This document shows positions 46,808 to 54,296 of a stretch of DNA of 64,000 nucleotides, in pieces. Where the stretch lies: assembly GCA_003142295.1 (NCBI GenBank), contig PLLV01000101.1, forward strand, positions 9,781-73,780, read 5' to 3'. The notes below the pieces were generated by a model. The model was not told the origin of the DNA. It ran no database searches and saw nothing but the letters and a program-made list of their open reading frames with translations. The DNA is from Syntrophaceae bacterium. Lineage in GTDB: Bacteria > Desulfobacterota > Syntrophia > Syntrophales > UBA2185. The position numbers were made by a program, and so were the translations under genes. The first letter of the stretch is position 1, and every line of letters begins with the position of its first letter.

Positions 46808-48925
46808 ATGTCCAAGAAATTAACCAATGAGAGCCCAAATCAGAAGATATCATGGGCGGACAGAAGATCTTCAGGACGCCAGAAAGTGGATGAAAAGCTG
46901 ATCGAGAGTGAGCAGCTTTTCAGAAGCCTGACGGAGAAATCCTTTGCTGCCGCTTTTATAGTGCAGGATGGAAAATTTCGCTATATTAATACAAGTGCTA
47001 TTGCTTATGCCGATTATACAGCAGAAGAGCTCGTAGGCAAGGATTCCGGCATTATAGTTCATCCCGACGATAAGGAAATGGTAAAGAAGAAAGCCCGCGA
47101 GATGCTCCAGGGCATAGACTATGCGCCATATGAATTCAGAATGGTAACCAAACAGGGCGCAATCAGGTATGTGATTCAGATAGTCTCCCCCATCCAATAC
47201 AACGGCAAGCCGGCAATCCTGGGCAATGCCATAGATGTCACCGAGCGCAAGCGGGTAGAGGAGGCTTTGAGAGAATCGGAGAGACGGTTAGCGGATATTA
47301 TTGATTTTCTGCCGGATGCTACACTGGCAATTAACCGGAAGGGGAACGTGATTGCATGGAATCGCGCCATAGAGGAAATGACGGGTGTCAAGGCCGCCGA
47401 CATATTAGGGAAAGGTGACTACGAATATGCGTTGCCCTTTTACGGCATACGAAGGCCCATCTTGGTTGATCTGGTACTGAAGCCGGACAAAAAAATTGAG
47501 CGGAGTTATTATTCTGTTCTCGAAAAGAATAAAGATCTCCTTATTGTAGAGACATGGGTGCCATTCTTGAAGTGGAAAAAGGCCTTCCTCTGGGCAAAGG
47601 CCAGTCCCCTTTATGATAGCAAAGGCGATATTGTGGGCGCCATTGAGTCGATCAGGGACATTACGGAGCGCAAAGAGGCGGAAAAAATGCTTCAGGAATC
47701 AGAGGAAAAATACCGATCCCTCGCATCCAGTATCGATTTGATGTATCTCGTTGACAAGGATTGCAGGTATCTGTTCATGAATGAAGGACTCCTGTCGAGG
47801 CTTGGCATTTCCTTAGGTGATGTGGAAGGAAAATCATATGATGACTTCCATTCTGAAGAGGATGCGAGAGAATTCACGGAAATCATCAGCCGTATTTTCA
47901 AAATAGGCCAGGCAGTCCAGCATGAACACAAGAGTGAAAGAGATGATAAATACTTTCTCAGGTCATTGAGTCCCGTTAAGGATTCTGAAGGGAGGACAAT
48001 AGCCGTAACGGTAGTTTCGAAAGACATTACCAAGCGCAAGCTGGCGGAAGAGGCGCTAAGGGAATCAGAGAGGCGGTTGTCGGATATTATTGATTTCTTG
48101 CCGGACGCGACACTTGCGATTAACCGGAAGGGGAACGTGATTGCATGGAATCGCGCCATAGAGGAAATGACAGGAGTTAAAGCTGCCGACATGGTGGGAA
48201 AAGGTGACTTTGAGTATGCCTTGCCGTTTTATGGTGTACGAAGGCCTATTTTGATTGATCTCGTTTTGAAACCGGACAAGAAAATTGAGCGGAGTTATTA
48301 TTCTGTTTTCAAGAAGGAGGAGGACCACCTGATCGTGGAGACGTGGGTTCCTGCTTTGAAAGATAAAAGAGCCTTCCTCTGGGCAAAGGCCAGTCCCCTT
48401 TACGATAGCAAAGGGCGCATAGTGGGTGCCATCGAATCGCTCCGGGATATTACGGAGCGCAAGCAGGCAGAGGAAATGCTGGAGAAAAGGGAGGTTGAGC
48501 TTGAGGCAAAGACTAACGAGCTTGAAGACCTCAACGCGGCCTTAAGGGTCCTGCTTAAGCAGAGAGAAGAGGATAGAAATGAGCTCGAACAAAAGGTGCT
48601 GTCAAACGTGAAGCTGCTCATACTGCCATATATTGATAAATTGAAAAGCCGCGTAGATCTGAAGGGCTCATCCTATGTCAACGTCCTCGAATCAAATCTA
48701 AAAGAAATCGTATCACCCTTTGCGCAAAAATTGTCAGTCAAGTACTTGAATCTTACCAACAGAGAGGTGCAGATCGCCAATCTTATAAAGGAGGAAAAAA
48801 CAACTAAAGAAATAGCGGCACTTCTTAACGTCTCTGAAAGTTCAGTCAATGTATACCGTTATCACATCCGGCGCAAACTCAGCTTAACCAAGAAGCATAA
48901 TCTTCGCTCCTACTTATCTTCATAA
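46808..48925 (+). CDS. Multi-PAS LuxR-family transcriptional regulator
   Basis: The 705-aa product has four PAS-like modules, each ending in D(I/V)TERK, then a coiled coil, then a C-terminal LuxR HTH (LTNREVQIANLIKEEKTTKEIAALLNVSESSVNVYRYHIRRKL). Confidence 0.88.
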   Translation: MSKKLTNESPNQKISWADRRSSGRQKVDEKLIESEQLFRSLTEKSFAAAFIVQDGKFRYINTSAIAYADYTAEELVGKDSGIIVHPDDKEMVKKKAREMLQGIDYAPYEFRMVTKQGAIRYVIQIVSPIQYNGKPAILGNAIDVTERKRVEEALRESERRLADIIDFLPDATLAINRKGNVIAWNRAIEEMTGVKAADILGKGDYEYALPFYGIRRPILVDLVLKPDKKIERSYYSVLEKNKDLLIVETWVPFLKWKKAFLWAKASPLYDSKGDIVGAIESIRDITERKEAEKMLQESEEKYRSLASSIDLMYLVDKDCRYLFMNEGLLSRLGISLGDVEGKSYDDFHSEEDAREFTEIISRIFKIGQAVQHEHKSERDDKYFLRSLSPVKDSEGRTIAVTVVSKDITKRKLAEEALRESERRLSDIIDFLPDATLAINRKGNVIAWNRAIEEMTGVKAADMVGKGDFEYALPFYGVRRPILIDLVLKPDKKIERSYYSVFKKEEDHLIVETWVPALKDKRAFLWAKASPLYDSKGRIVGAIESLRDITERKQAEEMLEKREVELEAKTNELEDLNAALRVLLKQREEDRNELEQKVLSNVKLLILPYIDKLKSRVDLKGSSYVNVLESNLKEIVSPFAQKLSVKYLNLTNREVQIANLIKEEKTTKEIAALLNVSESSVNVYRYHIRRKLSLTKKHNLRSYLSS
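47258..47675 (+). repeat. Intragenic PAS-module repeat, copy 1
   Basis: The protein segment is EEALRESERRLADIIDFLPDATLAINRKGNVIAWNRAIEEMTGVKAAD...AIESIRDITERK. It matches copy 2 at an offset of 789 nt. Confidence 0.9.
48047..48464 (+). repeat. Intragenic PAS-module repeat, copy 2
   Basis: The protein segment is EEALRESERRLSDIIDFLPDATLAINRKGNVIAWNRAIEEMTGVKAAD...AIESLRDITERK. A 53-nt block (48119 onward) is identical to 47330 onward. Confidence 0.9.
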
Positions 48926-48945
48926 TTTCTGAAAAGTTAAATATT

Positions 48946-48976
48946 TTTTAATATTAGTTATAAATCTTTTAATATT
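48946..48976 (+). promoter_or_regulatory. Two TTTTAATATT boxes 21 nt apart (candidate operator)
   Basis: ttttaatatt occurs at 48946..48955 and 48967..48976. The core AATATT is self-complementary. The second box abuts the candidate -35. Confidence 0.3.
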
Positions 48977-49003
48977 GTCTTTTCATATTTATACCTATAT
49001 AAT
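48975..49003 (+). promoter_or_regulatory. Candidate sigma70 promoter upstream of the membrane-protein/CoA-transferase operon
   Basis: TTGTCT (48975..48980), a 17-nt spacer, then TATAAT (48998..49003). A second perfect TATAAT at 49191..49196 has a weak -35. Confidence 0.4.
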
Positions 49004-49353
49004 ACTTTAAATGTGATCGCAGCATAGAGCTCCCAAATTATTCCTTTTCAGTTTTAGATACTTATATCCTTAACAGATACCAATAGTTAGTACAGTATAC
49101 CCCATGACCTGCATCAAAAGGCTCCATAGAATGAAAGTGGCGGAATAATGGCGAAGTGGTTCATTCTTCAATTTATAGTAGCATATTTTATATAATGCGA
49201 GGATTTAGGCAGTCGTCACGGGGAAATTATAAACGTGTTATTGATTATGAAGGGAGGAGGTGATCATCAAGTTAGATTAGAGTTATGATCCGGTAAACGA
49301 AGTCTGGAAGAATTTAACAACGTCTATTGGAACTAAAAAAGGAGGATTACATT

Positions 49354-50646
49354 ATGGCAGGAGAATTACGGCCTCGTTGGGGTCAACCCATGACAGGCAT
49401 TGTTTCTACCATAGCATTTTTTGTGATCGCTTGGATTACCTGGTATCTTTTCAGCGATCCCCGTGGTCCCATGGGCTTATTTCCTTATCCGTTTGTTCTT
49501 ATACTCGCCTGGATGATTCTGGTGGGTTTATGGCAGCACATGTTTTTGGGTGACTGGCCGTTTCAGAAATTGTCGCCACCGGCCAGAGGGGTTGTCATGA
49601 CCATTGTGAACCTGGTCCTTGTGTGGTTTGTTATCGAAGTCATTTTTGATCGGGTTTTAGGTCTGGGGTTCAATTTCTTAAGTCAAACCAATCTTAATGC
49701 ACTGGCAGCGTCGGGGGCGACGGTGTTGCCCGAAGCGTGCGGGAAAACGCTGACTTTCGAAGCGATGAAAGGCGCACACTTTGCGCAGAGTGCAGGCGTA
49801 GGATTTGTGTTGATTGGATTCTTCGCGTATCCCTTTGTGACAATCCTTTTTGCTAAATGGCCTATCCGTCCCAGTAACCTGGAGCAGCCCGCTGCCGGTT
49901 TAGCCGAGATCGGTTGGTGCAGTCTGCTTACCCTTTTCTTCTACGTCGTTCTTATCGTTCCCTTCTTTGGTTTGGTCTTCGAGAAGATGTTCGGTAACGC
50001 CTATGGAATGAACACTCCCTGGTGGGGCGGTATCGGCGGCACTCCCCACTTGCACTGGGTATTCGGCTGGTGGGAGTGGGCGGTCATCGTCCTCTTCATG
50101 ACGCCCAACGTCTGGCGTATGAAACCCTGGTCGCTCATCAAGCTTCCTCAGCCCTGGAAAGGTCTTATCTCTTTCTGCGGCGTCATAGTCCTTGCCTATA
50201 TCTGTGCCTTGATCTGTTTAAAACTGATTCCGCTATGGGCGAACATGGATGATATCACTCACCATCTGCCCGCCGGGGATAAGGGGAATCCCATTCGCTT
50301 CCTGTGGTACCACGCGGCGGAGATTGCCGGTTTTACCCTGATTCCATTCCTCCAGTGGCATCACTACTTTGACGATATGTGCCCGCAGAAGAATGTAGAT
50401 TCCTGGGGAGGTTTCTGGTTTAGAACAGTAGGTGTGCTTATTTTAACAGCGGTTCTGTACGTATGTTTCTACCACCTCAACTTCGGTTACTGGGGACTGG
50501 GCAATCATCATATGCACGGTGACCTTGCGGAAAGATTTATCCACGGTGAATCCCTCATCTGGAATTTCTGGTGGATCATCCCACTTCTCTGGAACGAGTG
50601 GTTCTTCCACAAGTGGCCTTTCTACGTTCATGATGAGCATCATTAA
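49354..50646 (+). CDS. Hypothetical polytopic membrane protein, Trp/His-rich (430 aa)
   Basis: The ATG at 49354 lies 8 nt after AAGGAGG. I estimate about 10-12 hydrophobic segments. Motifs include HLHWVFGWWEW, LQWHHYFDD, NHHMHGD and the C-terminal VHDEHH. I recognised no family. Confidence 0.75.
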   Translation: MAGELRPRWGQPMTGIVSTIAFFVIAWITWYLFSDPRGPMGLFPYPFVLILAWMILVGLWQHMFLGDWPFQKLSPPARGVVMTIVNLVLVWFVIEVIFDRVLGLGFNFLSQTNLNALAASGATVLPEACGKTLTFEAMKGAHFAQSAGVGFVLIGFFAYPFVTILFAKWPIRPSNLEQPAAGLAEIGWCSLLTLFFYVVLIVPFFGLVFEKMFGNAYGMNTPWWGGIGGTPHLHWVFGWWEWAVIVLFMTPNVWRMKPWSLIKLPQPWKGLISFCGVIVLAYICALICLKLIPLWANMDDITHHLPAGDKGNPIRFLWYHAAEIAGFTLIPFLQWHHYFDDMCPQKNVDSWGGFWFRTVGVLILTAVLYVCFYHLNFGYWGLGNHHMHGDLAERFIHGESLIWNFWWIIPLLWNEWFFHKWPFYVHDEHH

Positions 50647-50660
50647 TTAAGTCTAGTCGA

Positions 50661-50688
50661 GGTAAAGGGGCTGGTCAGCCCCTTTACC
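50661..50688 (+). other. Perfect 12-bp stem-loop after the membrane-protein gene (no U-tract)
   Basis: ggtaaaggggct (50661..50672), loop ggtc, agcccctttacc (50677..50688). Confidence 0.6.
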
Positions 50689-50785
50689 TGGCATTTAAGC
50701 ATATGCTGCCCATGCACACGGATTTTGTTTCCGTGAGCGAGGAGTGGTATGCGAATTGGCAATGTTTTTTTGAAAGGAGGAAGTT

Positions 50786-51841
50786 ATGGCGAGAATTCGC
50801 GGGAAAGCTAAGAAAGCTGAAATTATGACGCTTGAAGAAGCGGTCAAGAAATACATGCATAACGGGATCCAGATTGCCTTCAGCGGGTTTACGGGGTTCA
50901 ACAGAAACCCGATGGCCTTTGCCTGGGAAGTGGTAAGACAAAAATTCAAAGACCTGCATGTTATCGACAGGCATGGCAGTTGCTGCACCTGGCTCCTTAA
51001 CACCGTCGGCGCTATTAAGATTTATGAAACCGACTGGATGGGCTGGGGCGAGATGGCGGGAAAACTCGACATCAACATGGAAAGGATTTACAAGGCGGGG
51101 AAGATAATCCTTGAAGACTACTCTCACGGCGCAATGGCCATGAGATTCCTTGCCGGGGCAATTGGGGCGCCGTTCATTCCCTATTATGCTCCTCTGGGAT
51201 CGGACCTCTACAATCCGGACTATGATGCATTGGGAAAAGCTGGCCTGAGGAATGGTAAAAATCCGAGAATTGCAAAGAAGAAGTTTATCCAGATTGAGGA
51301 ACCCTTCTATGGTGATGGAGAGGTCGTCCTGCTTCCCGCAGCTAGGCCCGAACTGGCAGTCATTCACGTATCTAAGGTAGGCGACAAGGGGACGGCGAGG
51401 TGGCGAGGTATCGGGACGATCGATAAAGAAATGGCCTTTGCATGCGACAAGGTCGTAATCACGGCCGAAGAGGTAGTTCCCGAAGGAGAGATGAGGAAGG
51501 ATCCGGAAGCCAACCAGATTCCCTTCTTTACTGTTGACGCCATTGTGGAAGTGCCCTGGGGAGCCTTCCCGAGCGGTGTCCCTTTCTATTATGACTATGA
51601 CGTGCCCTTTATGAGGGAGATGGATAAAGCATCAAGAAACGTGGAGGATTTGAAAAAATGGATCGATGAATGGGTTTTTGGCCCGAAGAGCTGGGAAGAA
51701 TTTATTGTTAAGCTTGGTGCAAAGAAATTGTTGTCTCTCAGAGCGGATAGCACCACTGGATACAGCACCAAGATGATGCGAGGAAAGAACCCGGCACCGA
51801 GGATGAAGATGCCTTTATCCGTCGCTCGAAGTGGCTATTAA
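50786..51841 (+). CDS. Family I CoA-transferase subunit A (glutaconate-CoA-transferase GctA-like)
   Basis: The 351-aa product begins with the typical MTLEEAVKKYMHNGIQIAFSGF and shows a GctA-like pattern. An AAAGGAGGAAG RBS precedes it. Confidence 0.8.
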   Translation: MARIRGKAKKAEIMTLEEAVKKYMHNGIQIAFSGFTGFNRNPMAFAWEVVRQKFKDLHVIDRHGSCCTWLLNTVGAIKIYETDWMGWGEMAGKLDINMERIYKAGKIILEDYSHGAMAMRFLAGAIGAPFIPYYAPLGSDLYNPDYDALGKAGLRNGKNPRIAKKKFIQIEEPFYGDGEVVLLPAARPELAVIHVSKVGDKGTARWRGIGTIDKEMAFACDKVVITAEEVVPEGEMRKDPEANQIPFFTVDAIVEVPWGAFPSGVPFYYDYDVPFMREMDKASRNVEDLKKWIDEWVFGPKSWEEFIVKLGAKKLLSLRADSTTGYSTKMMRGKNPAPRMKMPLSVARSGY

Positions 51842-51860
51842 AGGAAAGGGGGGAATGAAA

Positions 51861-52757
51861 ATGGCTAAAACAATGGAACAATTGATGGAGTTGATCGATA
51901 AGATACCCAGTGAGAAAGCCAAGGCGGGTGAATTTATCCTGCCGGAATTGATGGCTATCGCTATTGCTCACGAGGTCCTGAACGATGATGTCGTCTTTGC
52001 GGGTACGGGGCTTCCCATGGTGGGGATTATGGCTGCCAACATGCTGAATGCACCGAATGCGGTGTTAATATACGAATCGGGGATATGCGACGGAAAGACC
52101 ATGCATGTGCCCATGTCCGTGAGCGACCAGAGGGCGGCCAATTTGTGTTCCACCCTGGGCGGACTGGTGGATACCTTTGGTTATTATTTGCAGCAGGGTT
52201 TTGTGACCTTGGGGTTTCTGGGAGGTGCCGCTATCGATAAATACGGCGGCGTAAATGTTACATCCATCGGTGATTACTATGCCCCAGTGCACCGCTTCAC
52301 AGGTTCCGGGGGCAATTCCGACATAGGAACCATGTCGAAAAGAGTTGCATACATCATCCTTCAGGAAAAGAGGAGATTCCTGGAGAGAAATGATTATACC
52401 ACAACGCCCGGCTGGTGGTGCTGGGATTTCAAGAAACGGGAGTGGAAACCGAAGAAGGAGGTCTGGAAAGGGACGCCCTATGCGGATTGCGGCCCCTGTG
52501 GTGTGGTAACGAATATGGGCGTATACCGGTTTGATGACAAGGGAATCATCTACCTGGAAACCTGCCACCCCGGTGTCACCGTGGAGAAGATCAAAGAGAA
52601 TTGCGGATTTGACCTGAATGTTTCAAAAGTTAAAGGTGAAACTCCAATCCCGACTTACAAGGAGCTCTTTGTCCTCAGGGAGTTCGTTGATCCGGAATTG
52701 ATCTTCCTGCCGGCGAAAACGGAATATCCCGCCGCGATCAAGTCAATTATTGGTTAG
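51861..52757 (+). CDS. Family I CoA-transferase subunit B (GctB-like)
   Basis: Contains VVFAGTGLPM and VLIYESGICDG (candidate catalytic Glu in an ESG context). I chose the ATG at 51861, 8 nt after AAGGGGGG. The track ORF starts at 51831. Confidence 0.8.
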   Translation: MAKTMEQLMELIDKIPSEKAKAGEFILPELMAIAIAHEVLNDDVVFAGTGLPMVGIMAANMLNAPNAVLIYESGICDGKTMHVPMSVSDQRAANLCSTLGGLVDTFGYYLQQGFVTLGFLGGAAIDKYGGVNVTSIGDYYAPVHRFTGSGGNSDIGTMSKRVAYIILQEKRRFLERNDYTTTPGWWCWDFKKREWKPKKEVWKGTPYADCGPCGVVTNMGVYRFDDKGIIYLETCHPGVTVEKIKENCGFDLNVSKVKGETPIPTYKELFVLREFVDPELIFLPAKTEYPAAIKSIIG

Positions 52758-52833
52758 AAAGTAACTCTAATATGGATCCTGTCAACCTGCCGTTCAGGCA
52801 GGCTGACAGGATAATTAGAAAGGAGGAAGGGAT

Positions 52834-54000
52834 CTGAATTTAGATCTGACAGAAGAACAAACAATCATTCAGGACACAGCTCGGCGCTTCGCAAGGACAG
52901 AACTGGAACCGGCAGCGGCGCGGCTCGACCAAGTAGGCGATCGTGACACCTTCTTAAAGAATTTGAAGAAACTCGCCAGCCTTGGCTTGATGGGCATAAA
53001 CGTTGATAGTCGCTATGGAGGGTCTGATGCCGGTGTGGTGGCCTTTAGTCTTGCCATCACAGAGATTGCAAGGGCCTGTGCCTCGACGGCAGTAACCATG
53101 TCTGTCAACAATCTGGTCTGTGAGGTGATTCAGGCAATTGGCTCTGAGGAACAGAAAATGGCCTATATCCCGAAGATCTGTTCCGGTGAATACCCTGCCG
53201 GCGGGTTTGGTTTGACTGAGACCGTGGCCGGTTCCGATGCTGCCGCGCTCCAGACATCTGCCGTTCTGGACGGCGATCAATGGGGACTCAACGGTTCAAA
53301 GATGTTTATTACCAGTGCTGAATATGCGGGCGTCTTTGTCGTTTGGGCGGTGACCGACAAGAAGGCGAAGAAGGGCAGCGGTATCAGCACATTTCTGGTC
53401 GAGAACGGAATTCGCGGTCTAACGATCGGAAGAGAAGAACACAAGATGGGGCAGCATGCTTCTTCAACAAATGAACTGATCTTTGAGGACTGCCGGATAC
53501 CAAAATCAGCCCTTATGGGGAAAATGAATGGCGGCTTCAAGACAGCTACGGGAGAACTCGCAGGTGGACGCATAGGCATCGGCTCTCTCGCTTTAGGTGT
53601 CGGACTTGCTGCCATGGATTATGCCACACGATATGCAATGGAGAGAAAGCAGTTCGATCAGTCCATAACAAATTTCCAGGCTATCCAGTGGATGATTGCC
53701 GAATCCTATACGGAGCTGGAGGCGGCAAGGCTTCTCCTCATGAATGCAGCGTTCAAGAAAGAACAGGGCAAACCCTTTGCAAGAGCAGCATCTATGGCGA
53801 AGTATTTTGCGACCGAAGCCGCCGATAGGGCCTGCTTCAATGCCGTGCAGATGCTCGGTGGATACGGATATACCAATGAATTCCCTGTCGAACGATATGC
53901 GAGAGACGTCCGGATTACGTTGATCTATGAAGGGACCAACCAGATCCAACGGATGATAATTGCCAGAGACATTCTTAACAGCCTCAAAGAATCGACATAG
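52834..54000 (+). CDS. Acyl-CoA dehydrogenase (short/branched-chain type) with apparent CTG start
   Basis: The track ORF (from TTG 52963) lacks the conserved N-terminus. The in-frame upstream sequence reads (L)NLDLTEEQTIIQDTARRFARTELEPAAARLD, which aligns with MNFGLTDDQRDVRDMVKKFAEQEIKPIAAELD of the second ACAD. An in-frame stop lies at 52816..52818. The only start-like codon after the AGGAGGAAGG RBS is CTG at 52834. Confidence 0.8.
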   Translation: MNLDLTEEQTIIQDTARRFARTELEPAAARLDQVGDRDTFLKNLKKLASLGLMGINVDSRYGGSDAGVVAFSLAITEIARACASTAVTMSVNNLVCEVIQAIGSEEQKMAYIPKICSGEYPAGGFGLTETVAGSDAAALQTSAVLDGDQWGLNGSKMFITSAEYAGVFVVWAVTDKKAKKGSGISTFLVENGIRGLTIGREEHKMGQHASSTNELIFEDCRIPKSALMGKMNGGFKTATGELAGGRIGIGSLALGVGLAAMDYATRYAMERKQFDQSITNFQAIQWMIAESYTELEAARLLLMNAAFKKEQGKPFARAASMAKYFATEAADRACFNAVQMLGGYGYTNEFPVERYARDVRITLIYEGTNQIQRMIIARDILNSLKEST

Positions 54001-54296
54001 ACGGGTCTGGGGGTGTCTGACGCTCAAGGGTTCTTGTATACGGGCAGTTGAGGCCTTTTTTGAGTCGTCAAAGTAGCCGCAATCTTCAGCTTGCATAGCC
54101 GAGCGGAAGTTTTCGCTATTAAAGGACTGTGACTGCCGAAGCTATATTGCTCGTAAAATAACAACGGAAGAGAACTTTCGACCATTCAGTTTCAACAGTT
54201 GATTTGAAAATTGTCTTCGAAAGCGGTCATGGCATATTCTCGCTTTCTCCGAAGACAAAATTCTATTTTGCAAAGCTCTACAAAACGGGGGTAGTA

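Noticed and set aside
50684-51367. A 227-aa minus-strand ORF, together with similar long antisense ORFs at 52065..52568, 53593..54096, 56588..57205 and 58219..58851.
   Set aside because: Each lies antisense to a confidently identified enzyme gene (CoA-transferase, ACADs, crotonase). They show no independent signals.
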